Source: Actinomycetota bacterium (GTDB taxonomy: Bacteria > Actinomycetota > Thermoleophilia > Solirubrobacterales > 70-9). From it: a DNA stretch of 64,000 nucleotides. Both the position numbers and the translations under genes were made by a program. The notes beneath the pieces were generated by a model that had not been told where the DNA came from, did no database searches, and saw only the letters and a list, made by a program, of their open reading frames with translations. Positions within the stretch are counted from its first letter, which is position 1; the number at the start of each line of letters is the position of its first letter. The stretch covers positions 486-64,485 of the forward strand of contig JBKPOW010000052.1 of assembly GCA_046733275.1 (NCBI GenBank). Reading direction: 5' to 3'. This document shows positions 1 to 8,772 of this stretch, in pieces.

Positions 1-1472
1 CCGAGGAGTACCGCGAGAAGTTGATGGACGAGGTGGCGGAGAACTCCGACGAGCTGATGGAGCGCTATCTCGAGGGGGAGGAGATCGACCACGCCGAGAT
101 CGTCGGCGCGCTCAAGCAGGGAGTCACCGCGGGGCGTCTCTTCCCCGTCACCTGCGGGGTCGCCACCCGTAACCTCGGCGCCGACCGCCTGCTCGGCGCG
201 CTGGTCGAGGACCTGCCCTCGCCGGCGATGCGCGGCCCGGTCGAGGCGATCGGCCAGGGGGGAGAGGCGATCGAGGTCGCCCCCGAGGACGACGGCCCGC
301 TGGTCGCTTACGTCTTCAAGACGCTCGCCGATCCTTACGCCGGGCGGATCAACCTGCTGCGCGTCTACCGCGGCACGCTGCGCTCCGACTCGCAGGCGGT
401 CAACGTGACCAGGCTGGAGAAGGAGCGGATCGGGCAGCTCGGCTGGCCGCTCGGCAGCGAGCTGCAGCCGGTCACCGAGCTCGGTGCGGGGGAGATCGGC
501 GCGGTGGCGAAGCTGAAGCAGACGCAGGCGGGCGACGTGCTCTGCGAGCGCCAGGAGGAGATCGCCTTCGCCCCGCTCGACCTGCCGGCGCCGGTGATGG
601 CCTTCGCCTACGAGCCGAAGACCAAGGGCGACGAGGAGAAGGCGGCGGCGGCCGTGCGGCGGCTGAGCGAGGAGGACCCGACCCTCGACGTCCACCGCGA
701 CGCCCAGACCGGCGAGCAGATCGTCGCCGGCCTGACCCAGGTCCACGTCGAGGTGATCGTCGAGCGGATGAAGCGGCGCTTCGGGGCCGAGATCGAGCTG
801 CACCCGCCGCGCGTCCCCTACCTGGAGACGATCCGCCAACCGGCCGAGGCGCACGCCCGCTACAAGAAGCAGTCGGGCGGGCGTGGCCAGTTCGCCGACT
901 GCAAGATCGAGATCGAGCCCGGTGAGGACGGCGCCGGCCTGGAGTTCGTCGACAAGATCAAGGGCGCGGCGATCCCCGGCAGCTTCATCCCCGCGGTCGA
1001 GAAGGGGGTGGAGGAGGCGATGCGGCACGGCACGGTCGCCGGCTACCCGGTCAAGGACGTGCGCGTGCGCCTGGTCGACGGCAAACACCACGACGTCGAC
1101 TCCTCCGAGATGGCCTTCAAGGTGGCCGGCTCGATGGCCTTCCGCGAGGCGATGGCGGCCGCCGACCCGGTCCTGCTGGAGCCGATCGTGCGGTTAACGG
1201 TGAACTGTCCCGAGGAAGTGGTCGGCGACGTGATCGGCGACCTCAACTCTCGCCGCGGCCACCCGCTGGGGATGGAGCCGAAAGGGACGGCGACCGAGGT
1301 CCGGGCCGAGGTGCCGATGGCCGAAGTGCTCGACTACGCCCCCGACCTGCGCTCGATCAGCGGCGGCCGGGCGGAGTTCACGGTCGAGTTTGAGCGCTAC
1401 GAGCCGGTGCCGGCGCACCTGGCTGAGAAGGTCGTTGCAAGCGCGCAGCAAGGCGCCGCAGCCGCGGCGTAG
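1..1472 (+). CDS. fusA: Elongation factor G family GTPase, C-terminal ~490 aa (5' end outside window)
   Basis: The ORF is open to the window edge. EF-G-like peptides read by eye include EEYREKLMDEVAE, HDVDSSEMAFK and GRAEFTVEFERYEP. It is not next to rpsG/tuf, so it may be an EF-G paralog. Confidence 0.85.
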   Translation, partial: EEYREKLMDEVAENSDELMERYLEGEEIDHAEIVGALKQGVTAGRLFPVTCGVATRNLGADRLLGALVEDLPSPAMRGPVEAIGQGGEAIEVAPEDDGPLVAYVFKTLADPYAGRINLLRVYRGTLRSDSQAVNVTRLEKERIGQLGWPLGSELQPVTELGAGEIGAVAKLKQTQAGDVLCERQEEIAFAPLDLPAPVMAFAYEPKTKGDEEKAAAAVRRLSEEDPTLDVHRDAQTGEQIVAGLTQVHVEVIVERMKRRFGAEIELHPPRVPYLETIRQPAEAHARYKKQSGGRGQFADCKIEIEPGEDGAGLEFVDKIKGAAIPGSFIPAVEKGVEEAMRHGTVAGYPVKDVRVRLVDGKHHDVDSSEMAFKVAGSMAFREAMAAADPVLLEPIVRLTVNCPEEVVGDVIGDLNSRRGHPLGMEPKGTATEVRAEVPMAEVLDYAPDLRSISGGRAEFTVEFERYEPVPAHLAEKVVASAQQGAAAAA

Positions 1473-1500
1473 GTCGCCGGGCCGCTGCTAGCTTTGCTGC

Positions 1501-1881
1501 GTGAGGCTCAGCGGCGTAGATCCTGCGGCTCCGGGAGCGACTGTCGGCCGGGTGGCGATGGCGACGACCGGTCGTCGATTCGAGCGTGCGGTCGCCCGCT
1601 TCAACGCCAGCGAGGCGGCGCGGACGGTCGCCGGCCTGACACGCACCCTGGGCCCGCCGCGGGTCTCGATCGGCGCCGCCGCCGGCTCGCCGAGCCAGGT
1701 GCGGGTGACGGTCGCCTGGGAGCTGGGCTGGTATCAGTGGTGTGTCGACCTGGGCGACGAGCCGCGGCCCGTCTTCCAGCTCGGCAGGGGCGACGAGATC
1801 GACCAGCTCGACGGCTCGGCCCGGCAGTGGAATGCGAGCGCGGGTGCGGACGGCCGCCTGGCGCTGGGCGCGCCGCGATGA
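1501..1881 (+). CDS. Hypothetical protein (alternative ATG at 1558)
   Basis: Non-repetitive composition. The stop TGA at 1879-1881 overlaps the ATG of the next gene at 1878 (ATGA coupling). No recognisable domain. Confidence 0.45.
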   Translation: MRLSGVDPAAPGATVGRVAMATTGRRFERAVARFNASEAARTVAGLTRTLGPPRVSIGAAAGSPSQVRVTVAWELGWYQWCVDLGDEPRPVFQLGRGDEIDQLDGSARQWNASAGADGRLALGAPR

Positions 1882-2282
1882 AGCTGGTCGTCAACGTCGA
1901 CGGCGGCGCCCGGGGGAATCCGGGCCCGGCGGCGATCGGCGCGGTCGTCCAGGCCGCCGCGGGCGAGGTGCTCGAGGAGCGCGGCGAGCGGATCGGCACG
2001 GCGACCAACAACGTCGCCGAGTACCGGGCGCTGCTGCTGGGGATCGAGCGGGCGGCAGAGCTGGGGGCGAGCGAGCTGGAGCTGGTCGGCGACTCGGAGC
2101 TGATCGTGCGCCAAGTCAAGGGCGAGTACAAGGTCAAAGACGCGACCCTGCGCGAGCTGCACGCCGAGGTGCAGCAGGCGTTGCGGCCGTTCGACCGCTG
2201 GTCGATCCGCCACGTCCGCCGTGCCGAGAACGCCGAGGCCGACCGCCTCGTCAACCAGGTGCTCGACGGGGCGGAGGCCTGA
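1878..2282 (+). CDS. rnhA: Ribonuclease H (RNase HI-type)
   Basis: MKLVVNVDGGARGNPGPAAIG, NNVAEYRALLLGIE and NAEADRLVN match the RNase H DEDD-fold motifs. The ATG is internal to track ORF 1494..2282. Confidence 0.8.
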   Translation: MKLVVNVDGGARGNPGPAAIGAVVQAAAGEVLEERGERIGTATNNVAEYRALLLGIERAAELGASELELVGDSELIVRQVKGEYKVKDATLRELHAEVQQALRPFDRWSIRHVRRAENAEADRLVNQVLDGAEA

Positions 2283-2286
2283 GCCG

Positions 2287-2778
2287 GTGGCGGAGCCGAT
2301 CGATCCGCGCGTCGACATCGGCCACATCCACCTCAAGGTGGCGGACCTCGACCGGGCGCTCGACTTCTACTGCGGCGCGCTCGGCTTCGAGCTGCAGCAG
2401 CGGCTCGGCGACGAGGCGGCGTTCGTCTCGGCCGGCGGCTACCACCACCACATCGGCCTCAACACCTGGCACTCGAAGGGCGGCGCGCCGCCGCCGCCGG
2501 GCAGCACCGGCCTCTTCCACCTCGCGATCCGCTACCCCGACCGGCGCACGCTGGCCGACGCGCTGCGCCGCCTCGAGCGGGCCGGCGTCCCGCTCGGCGG
2601 TGCCTCCGACCACGGCGTCAGCGAGGCGCTTTACGTCAACGACCCCGACGGCAACGGGATCGAGCTCTACCGCGACCGCCCGCGCGAGGAGTGGCCGCGC
2701 TCGCCCGGCGACGAGGAGATCGCGATGGTCACCGAACCGCTCGACCTGCGCGACCTCCTCGCCGAGCTGGAGGACTAG
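2287..2778 (+). CDS. VOC/glyoxalase-family protein (catechol 2,3-dioxygenase-like)
   Basis: IGHIHLKVADLDRALDFYCGALGF, GYHHHIGLNTW and NDPDGNGIELY. The GTG at 2287 is in frame with track ORF 2221..2778. Confidence 0.8.
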   Translation: MAEPIDPRVDIGHIHLKVADLDRALDFYCGALGFELQQRLGDEAAFVSAGGYHHHIGLNTWHSKGGAPPPPGSTGLFHLAIRYPDRRTLADALRRLERAGVPLGGASDHGVSEALYVNDPDGNGIELYRDRPREEWPRSPGDEEIAMVTEPLDLRDLLAELED

Positions 2779-2821
2779 GGGCGGGCGTGTCCTCGCCGCC
2801 CGCCTATAATCCGCGGCCGGT

Positions 2822-2895
2822 GCGGCTGTAGCTCAGCTGGCTAGAGCGTCTGCTTGCCATGCAGAAGGTCGAGGGTTCGAATCCCTTCAGCCGCT
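2822..2895 (+). tRNA. tRNA-Gly (anticodon GCC), no encoded CCA
   Basis: Hand-folded cloverleaf: acceptor GCGGCTG/CAGCCGC, D arm GCTC-AGCTGGCTA-GAGC, anticodon arm TCTGC-TTGCCAT-GCAGA, T arm GAGGG-TTCGAAT-CCCTT. Confidence 0.92.
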
Positions 2896-2901
2896 TCACG
2901 C

Positions 2902-2933
2902 GAAAGCCCGCTCTACAGCGGGCTTTCGTCGTT
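2902..2933 (+). terminator. Hairpin terminator after tRNA-Gly
   Basis: GAAAGCCCGC-tctaca-GCGGGCTTTC, a perfect 10-bp stem followed by gtcgtt. Confidence 0.6.
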
Positions 2934-2947
2934 CAGGGTCTCTGAAC

Positions 2948-3056
2948 GGGAAATCAAACCATCCCCTCATATCACCTCCATTTCAGGCACTAGTGCCTCG
3001 AATGACGCCGATGCGCGGCGATTAGCGGCGATTTCGCCCGGTCCCGCCTCGCTTTA
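2948..3056 (+). repeat. Repeat family copy A-R (GAAATCAAACC box + AGGCACTAGTGCCT palindrome + GCGATTAGCGGCGAT tail)
   Basis: Aligns by eye with 20166-20220, 23808-23910 and 40408-70, and its tail aligns with 28130-85. Confidence 0.6.
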
Positions 3057-3236
3057 GCCCGGCAGCGGAGCTACGGTCGCCGCGCCGACATAAGCAAAAG
3101 TGCCCCGGCGGCGGTGGAACGCCCCGGGGCCGGCACCGAAGCTCACACTTCGATGCACGAAAGACGGTACTCGCCGTCGCCCCTATCGGGGCAGCATCGT
3201 GGCCGGCTTCGGTGCCCTAACAAAAAGGGGGGCGCG

Positions 3237-3452
3237 ATGCCCAGCACCACCATCGAGATCAGCCGCGAGCAGCGTCAGCCACTTCACCGGCTGGTGACGC
3301 AGCACATCAGCGGGATCGGCGACGTCTATTTGATGATCGAGCGGGGTGACTTTGCCATCGCCGAGCGCTTCGGCCTGGAGTTCGGTGAAGACATCGGATG
3401 CTCAACGACCTTGGCTGGGACCCCGATAACGCTCGGGACTCCTACGCGCTGA
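3237..3452 (+). CDS. Small hypothetical protein, possibly the 5' part of a frameshifted gene continuing in 3398..3691
   Basis: The ATG follows aaaagggggg. The reading frame changes near 3395. No domain recognised. Confidence 0.35.
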   Translation: MPSTTIEISREQRQPLHRLVTQHISGIGDVYLMIERGDFAIAERFGLEFGEDIGCSTTLAGTPITLGTPTR

Positions 3453-3691
3453 CGCAGCCGCGCCACGAGCTGATCGAAGCGCTGAAGCGGCTGCGCCTGG
3501 ATGCCGAGGATGGCCTTGACGCGCCAGAGGACGAGAAACGCAAGCGGGAGGAGTACGACGAGCTGATCGCGTACTTCACGCGCGCCCGCGACCTCTGCGC
3601 CGAGCTGACCGACGCACTCGACACGAGGGTCGGCGAGGGCCCCGTGAGCCTGACGATTGACCGCGAGAGCGTGACTCGCTACAGGGCTTGA
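3398..3691 (+). CDS. Hypothetical acidic protein
   Basis: The peptide LNDLGWDP..YALTQPRHELIEALKRLRLDAE resembles the next gene (MQDLRWFD..FELTLPAEALASTLTRAREDA). The stop overlaps the next start. Confidence 0.45.
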   Translation: MLNDLGWDPDNARDSYALTQPRHELIEALKRLRLDAEDGLDAPEDEKRKREEYDELIAYFTRARDLCAELTDALDTRVGEGPVSLTIDRESVTRYRA

Positions 3692-4071
3692 TGGCCTATC
3701 GCTTCTTCACTGCTGGCGACTTGCGATTTCAGCGCTCCGTTGAGAGCGGCGTCACCCGCGAGGAACAGGTGCGCGAACTCGAACAGGACGCGCAGCTCAT
3801 GCAGGACCTGCGCTGGTTCGACAGGGGGCTGGCGGAAGCCCTCCGCATGCCCGAGGTCGACCAGGACCAGTTCGAGCTGACCCTGCCAGCCGAAGCTCTC
3901 GCCAGCACGCTGACGCGCGCCCGCGAAGACGCTCGCGTCGCCTTCGCTGACGGCCTGAAGCAGACCCCAACCGAAACCGACGAGGAGCGCCGAGCGCGTT
4001 TCCGGCTCGCCGAGCAGACCTGCGACGAGCTTCTGGCCCGCCTCGGCAACCAAGAGGAGGCATCAGCATGA
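3688..4071 (+). CDS. Hypothetical protein, paralog of 3398..3691
   Basis: ATGA-type overlaps at both ends (3688-3691 and 4068-4071). Protein-like composition. Confidence 0.5.
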   Translation: MMAYRFFTAGDLRFQRSVESGVTREEQVRELEQDAQLMQDLRWFDRGLAEALRMPEVDQDQFELTLPAEALASTLTRAREDARVAFADGLKQTPTETDEERRARFRLAEQTCDELLARLGNQEEASA

Positions 4072-4376
4072 GCACCAAAACGAAAGAGGCCGCAAGCCCC
4101 AAAGCGGCGTCGAGCAAAGCCAAGGCGGCAGGCGCGTCCAATGGCGGCGCCAAGCACAAGAAGCGTCTTCGCCCCGGCGAGTTGGACGGGCTTGTCCTCT
4201 CCTACATGTGCAAGCACGAAGGAGAGCTGCCGCTGACGGCCAGCGCGATCGGCAAAGGGATCAGAAATCCTCCGCGCCGTTGCCAACTGCCTCGCCCGGC
4301 TGCGAAAGCCAAAAAGGTCCGGCTGGCGAAAAAGACTCCCCGCGCGTACGACCTGAAAGGGGTCACCGCGCGGTGA
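4068..4376 (+). CDS. Lys/Ala-rich N-tail plus putative winged-helix DNA-binding protein
   Basis: KAASSKAKAAGASNGGAKHKKR followed by LRPGELDGLVLSYM..LTASAIGKGI..KKVRLAKKTPRAYDL. A more helix-like ILRAVANCLARL is readable in a shifted frame around 4258-4300, so the gene may be damaged. Confidence 0.45.
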   Translation: MSTKTKEAASPKAASSKAKAAGASNGGAKHKKRLRPGELDGLVLSYMCKHEGELPLTASAIGKGIRNPPRRCQLPRPAAKAKKVRLAKKTPRAYDLKGVTAR

Positions 4377-4479
4377 GGGGACGGGGAAGTAGGTCGAGGC
4401 ATCCAGGCCCGGGAACGGGCCCAGGCCACCTTGGTTGCCTCGGCCGAAACCCCGCCATCCCCCGAGAAGCTGGGCACTT

Positions 4480-4593
4480 CCATCTGCGATTGTTCGAGGG
4501 TCGGGGCGCAGGCCACAGGGAGGTGAGGTGGTTCCCGTCCTTGCTTGCGGGACCTCCGCCCACCTGCCTCGGCCCTCGAACAACCGCAGATGG
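4480..4593. repeat. Long inverted repeat (21-nt arms, 1 mismatch) enclosing a GC-rich inner hairpin
   Basis: CCATCTGCGATTGTTCGAGGG (4480-4500) pairs with CCCTCGAACAACCGCAGATGG (4573-4593). It lies in a non-coding gap. Confidence 0.7.
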
Positions 4594-4689
4594 AGTTCCG
4601 GCCGGGGCACATCGGTGAACCGACGCGAACCGGCCGGGCGGGAGCCTTGCCAGGACCGCCGGGGCGCCCGCCAAGTGGGGTGAGCGCGT

Positions 4690-5214
4690 TTGTTGGCGGC
4701 GGACCTCAGTCCTGAACCGATCCACTGTGCCGAGTGCGGGCGGGAGCTGGTTGATCTCGAACCGGATGGGACTCCTCCGACGCGATGCGAGGATTGCCTT
4801 GTGCTGGGGACCGCAATCGCGGATCGGCTCTCGATCAATCTCAACGAGCTTCGGGCTCGCGCCGGTATCTCGCTGAACGAGTTGAGCAACCGGGCGGCGA
4901 TGGGCTACAGCACGATCTCGGAGATCGAGGGTGACGGCGCCCACGAATTGCGCCTGACCACGGCATTGCGGCTCGTGCATTCGCTGGGCGCCTCGATCGA
5001 CCAACTCACCGAGCGCAATTACTGGAACCCAGGCCAGATTGTCCACAATTCCCAGCACCCGCTAAAGGAACGGCTCCCCGGCTTCTTCTCGTCCTGCCCA
5101 GCAATATGCCGGTCTTCGAGCCTGCCCCGAAGTGTGATCCCGTCGCCACTCGGGAGGAGGCGGCTGCGATCTTCGGAGCGAATGCGCGTCGCGCTCGCGA
5201 GCGGCGGCACTTGA
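4690..5214 (+). CDS. Zn-ribbon-like (CAEC..CEDC) plus XRE-family HTH protein; 3' part probably out of frame
   Basis: ISLNELSNRAAMGYSTISEIEGDG..LRLVHSLGASIDQL. After about 5085 the sequence reads better in the frame of ORF 5106. Confidence 0.5.
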   Translation: MLAADLSPEPIHCAECGRELVDLEPDGTPPTRCEDCLVLGTAIADRLSINLNELRARAGISLNELSNRAAMGYSTISEIEGDGAHELRLTTALRLVHSLGASIDQLTERNYWNPGQIVHNSQHPLKERLPGFFSSCPAICRSSSLPRSVIPSPLGRRRLRSSERMRVALASGGT

Positions 5215-6023
5215 CCCAGCAAGCGCTCGGCCGTGCCGCCGGCCTCAGCAAGGCCGGCCTCTCCTTGATTGAGCGGGGTATTCGCGAGACGTCGATCCGA
5301 ACTCTCTTCGGCCTGGCCCGATCGCTGGAAGTCGCGCCCGAGTCCCTGCTCGACGGAATCGCTTGGAAGCCCGAGCGACCGCCCTGTGACGGAAGCCGCG
5401 CTCGGCATCCCGGCCGCAGCCTCGATGGGGCGATCCGTCTCCTCTGGAATGAAGAAAAGACCGCGCGAGAGATCGCCGAGGCCGTAGGTACCTCGCCGGG
5501 AACCGTTTCAGCCACCGTCCACCGGCTCAGGGAGCGTGGGGAGCCGCTTTGCTATCGGTGCCGGCCGACGCGAGCGGTTCACGAGCGCGCGCGCCGCCGC
5601 CGCCCTCTCTGTCACGCAACTTCCGGCGATGAGGACCCGCCTGTCGCTGGTGCTGTCGATCCATCAGACCGCGGCGGCGCCTCCAACGAGGAGATCGCAC
5701 TGCGGCTCGGCGCCAACGTCGCCTGTCACCGTGAGGAAACCGGTTTGAGTCTGAGGCAGTTCGCCGAAGCAGCCGAGACGCACTTCACGCATTTGTCGAA
5801 GATCGAGAGGGGAAAGTCGGGGATTCCGCAGCTAGCCCTCATCCTGAGACTGGCCGGAAGCCTCAATGCGCGGTGTGGGCTCATCACCGCCGGAATCGCC
5901 TGGGATTCGGCCTCCGGTTCGTTCCAAGTGGAGGATGCCCCGCCTGGCGCTTGGCCGCTTGGGGCAGAACGTCCTGCGCGCACGCCACCGGGGCGGATCT
6001 CTCCCAGCACCAGCAGGCCCTAA
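5106..6023 (+). CDS. Multi-HTH protein (XRE HTH, sigma70-r4/LuxR-like HTH, XRE HTH)
   Basis: LTQQALGRAAGLSKAGLSLIERG, TAREIAEAVGTSPGTVSATVHRLRERG, and LSLRQFAEAAETHFTHLSKIERG. Confidence 0.55.
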   Translation: MPVFEPAPKCDPVATREEAAAIFGANARRARERRHLTQQALGRAAGLSKAGLSLIERGIRETSIRTLFGLARSLEVAPESLLDGIAWKPERPPCDGSRARHPGRSLDGAIRLLWNEEKTAREIAEAVGTSPGTVSATVHRLRERGEPLCYRCRPTRAVHERARRRRPLCHATSGDEDPPVAGAVDPSDRGGASNEEIALRLGANVACHREETGLSLRQFAEAAETHFTHLSKIERGKSGIPQLALILRLAGSLNARCGLITAGIAWDSASGSFQVEDAPPGAWPLGAERPARTPPGRISPSTSRP

Positions 6024-6499
6024 GTGATCGGGCGTCGATGAGCCGCGGCGATCTTGTCGATTTCGAGCGTGGCGCCCGCAACTTCAGGATCTTCACGGTG
6101 GTTAGGCTCGCGGGCGCTCTGGAGATCGGCTTCGCCGAGCTGTTTGCCGGGGTGGCGGATTGCCATATCCGGCCACTCGCTCCCCCCGAATTCCTGCCGG
6201 GGGAAGCCCCGACCAAAACCGAACGCGACCAACTGCTGATCCGGCTCTGGCGGGAAGGGCGCGGGGAACGGGAGATCGCTGAAGCACTGGATCTGGCTAG
6301 AGCCTCGATCGGTCCATACATTCGCGACCTGCGCGACGCTGGGGTAGAGCTTCCCTATCGTCGCCCGCCTCGAAACCGAACTGAGCGTGCTGCTCGACGC
6401 CAACGCGATGACCACCACGTTGCCCCGTTGTCTCAAAGGCTCCCGGGGTCAGCCCAGAGTCAGGAGCATCTACTGTGTGGAAGGGGCCAGCGCCCGTAG
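5873..6499 (+). CDS. XRE HTH plus second small HTH protein (true start or frame entry near 5950-5990)
   Basis: LSQHQQALSDRASMSRGDLVDFERG and GEREIAEALDLARASIGPYIRDLRDAG. The upstream LGQNVLRARHR sits in another frame. Confidence 0.45.
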   Translation: MWAHHRRNRLGFGLRFVPSGGCPAWRLAAWGRTSCAHATGADLSQHQQALSDRASMSRGDLVDFERGARNFRIFTVVRLAGALEIGFAELFAGVADCHIRPLAPPEFLPGEAPTKTERDQLLIRLWREGRGEREIAEALDLARASIGPYIRDLRDAGVELPYRRPPRNRTERAARRQRDDHHVAPLSQRLPGSAQSQEHLLCGRGQRP

Positions 6500-6568
6500 T
6501 GCTTCTCGAGCAGGGACTCGGCTTCGGAGATCGAGAATCCCAGCTCTAGGTGTCGTCAGACCTCGGCC

Positions 6569-7183
6569 TCAGTCCTGACCGGCGTGCTTGAAGTACCCCC
6601 GCGTGAACAACTCCGCGTTCGCCCGGTTCCAGCGCTCAAGCTCCTCTGGACTGCGCCAGGGAGCCGGAAGATGCCGGTTGATCGCGCCCTCGAACAGGGT
6701 GGGGCCGAGAATCGAGACGATCGTCTGCAGTGCGGCCCACTCGATATCCGCATCGGCTCGTAGCGCTCCCGTCTCTGCCAGCAGCCTCCACTGCTCGCGC
6801 GAGATTGCCAGGAAGGCGTCGAAGATCTCCAGCGCCGCCGGGTCCCCATCGGCGCTGAGTCGCGCGACGTAGAGCAGGGCCTCGGGATGCTCGTGTGCCA
6901 AGGCCGTGACCCGGTTACCCAGTTCCCTGAGGATCTCTGCGGCCGACCCTGACGCCGGAAACTCCGCGAAGGCCTCGGCCGCCCGTTCAACGACGTACTC
7001 GTTGACTGCCTCTCGCAGCTTGTCCTTCGTCGCGAAGTGATGCTGGACCAGCCCCGCAGAGACACCTGCCGCCGCCGCCACATCCCTGATCGAGGTTGCC
7101 TCAACGCCGCTTTCGGCAAAACCCAGCAGTGCCGCTTCGCAGATCCGTTCCCGCGTGGACGGCGTCTCGACAACATTCCCCAT
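6569..7183 (-). CDS. TetR-family transcriptional regulator
   Basis: RERICEAALLGFAESGVEATSIRDVAAAAGVSAGLVQHHFATK. The start is the internal ATG (MGNVVETP) of track ORF 6569..7309. Confidence 0.85.
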   Translation of the reverse strand: MGNVVETPSTRERICEAALLGFAESGVEATSIRDVAAAAGVSAGLVQHHFATKDKLREAVNEYVVERAAEAFAEFPASGSAAEILRELGNRVTALAHEHPEALLYVARLSADGDPAALEIFDAFLAISREQWRLLAETGALRADADIEWAALQTIVSILGPTLFEGAINRHLPAPWRSPEELERWNRANAELFTRGYFKHAGQD

Positions 7184-7285
7184 ACAGGTGTATTCTACAA
7201 CCAATACGGCCGTATTGGACTGGGAGGGGCACTGGATGCATACCGCGACATCACCGGCAGCGCCGCGATCGAGAGGGGTGAGGAA

Positions 7286-7732
7286 GTGAGTGCTGCGCGC
7301 CTTCGCCATTGGACGCCCGCCCAGATCGTTGCCGCTCTCTTCGGCCTCGTCTGGGCGCTCGACGGCATTAGCTCGCTCGCCTCGGGCAGTGTCAGTTCAC
7401 TCGGTGCCCATGAAGAGGTCAGGCTCATCGGCATCCCGATTGCGGTCAACGGTTGGCACGGTGTCTTCCACCTCATCACCGGTCTCACCGGTCTCACCGT
7501 CTGCCTTCGCCCGGCGGCGGCTCGCGTTTTCGCAATCACCGGTGGCCCAATCTATCTCGCGGCGGCGCTTTGGGGACTGATGCTGGGCAGCCGCGCCTTT
7601 GGCTTGATCGACGTTGATGTCTTCGGTTCTCTCGTCCATGCGGTGGAGGGGACGGTTGTGCTTTCCGCGGGTCTTTTTTCCCCGTCCGTGGAGACCGCGA
7701 CCCCAGGGGCCGGAGCGCGGAGCGAGGCATGA
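7286..7732 (+). CDS. Small integral membrane protein (DUF4383-like)
   Basis: The GTG follows gaggggtgaggaa. There are four hydrophobic segments with WHGVFHLITG. It is divergent from the TetR gene. Confidence 0.6.
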   Translation: MSAARLRHWTPAQIVAALFGLVWALDGISSLASGSVSSLGAHEEVRLIGIPIAVNGWHGVFHLITGLTGLTVCLRPAAARVFAITGGPIYLAAALWGLMLGSRAFGLIDVDVFGSLVHAVEGTVVLSAGLFSPSVETATPGAGARSEA

Positions 7733-8733
7733 CCGCTTCTCCTGTTCGGAATGTCTGTGTGATCGGCGCGCACGGCGCCCTCGGCGGTACTGTCGTCGAG
7801 CAGTTCGACGGAGCCGGTTGGAAAGTGCATCCGGCCGGTCGCAGGCCGGATCAAGGAAACGGCTTTCGTCAGATCGACCTCGACCGTCCCGAGACAGTGG
7901 CGTCGGCCCTGCGGGATGTCGATCTGGTCATCAACACAGTGGCGCACCCGGGCTGGGCGGCCGAGCGAGCGGTGCTCGAACAGGGTGGGGTCCTCGTCAA
8001 CTGCAGCCACGCCCCCGCGCGGACCGCGGCCGCAATTACTGCCGAGGTAAGAGGGCCGAAGGGGACTGCCCTGCTCAACGCAGGCCTGGTCCCCGGCGTC
8101 GCCAATCTGGTGGCCGCCGAGTTACTAGCGGAGCATGCGCGTGCCGACTGCCTGGAGGTCGCCTTCACCGTGCTTCGTGCGGGGACGGTGGGGAGGGCCG
8201 GTGGGGAATTTGCCCATCACGGCCTGACCTCGCAGAACCATCACCGGGTGGTCGAGTTGTCGATGCCCGAACCCTTCGGCGAGCTCTCGTTCATCGAGGT
8301 GGCCGAGGACGAGGACGGGGGGTTCGGGGGCGTGGCGGGACAGCGCACCCTGGAGACCTACCTCGGTTTCGGCGACCGGCCAGTGAACCTGGCGCTGCGC
8401 ACGATGAACGCTCTGCGTCTGATCTCTGCCCTGCCCCGAGCCGCGTTCACGCTTGGCCTCAGCAAGGGGGCCGAGGCTTCCAGGGAGCCGACCGCGATCT
8501 GGGTTGGGGCGCAGCGTGGGAGCGAACGCCTGGGCGCCTCGGTGCTTGAGTGCGAGGGGGACTACCGCACTACCGCTGTGGCCTCGCGCCTGTTCGGAGA
8601 AGCACTACTTGACGGGCAAGGCCGCCCCGGGTGCTTCAACCCAGAGGATTTGTTCAGCCTCGGCGACCTGTTGCCGGCGCTCAACGATCTTGGTCTGCGG
8701 GTAACCAGAAATTGGCAGGCCTCAGGTGGCTAG
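7729..8733 (+). CDS. NAD(P)-binding Rossmann-fold oxidoreductase (saccharopine dehydrogenase/NmrA-like)
   Basis: VCVIGAHGALGG glycine-rich loop at the N-terminus. ATGA overlap with the previous gene. Confidence 0.65.
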   Translation: MTASPVRNVCVIGAHGALGGTVVEQFDGAGWKVHPAGRRPDQGNGFRQIDLDRPETVASALRDVDLVINTVAHPGWAAERAVLEQGGVLVNCSHAPARTAAAITAEVRGPKGTALLNAGLVPGVANLVAAELLAEHARADCLEVAFTVLRAGTVGRAGGEFAHHGLTSQNHHRVVELSMPEPFGELSFIEVAEDEDGGFGGVAGQRTLETYLGFGDRPVNLALRTMNALRLISALPRAAFTLGLSKGAEASREPTAIWVGAQRGSERLGASVLECEGDYRTTAVASRLFGEALLDGQGRPGCFNPEDLFSLGDLLPALNDLGLRVTRNWQASGG

Positions 8734-8772
8734 AGGCCAGCATCCCACGAGCTGGCTAGGGAGGCGCTAGTC

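Noticed and set aside
2854-3057. A possible small-protein family. ORFs over the repeat modules (2854..3057, 19886..20311, 23723..24187, 40262..40474) share peptides such as ISRFFANPLHVGG and NDADARRLA.
   Set aside because: The similarity is at the nucleotide level and includes tRNA sequence. Stops and frames are not conserved between copies, and the ORFs have no ribosome-binding sites. They are better explained as non-coding repeats.
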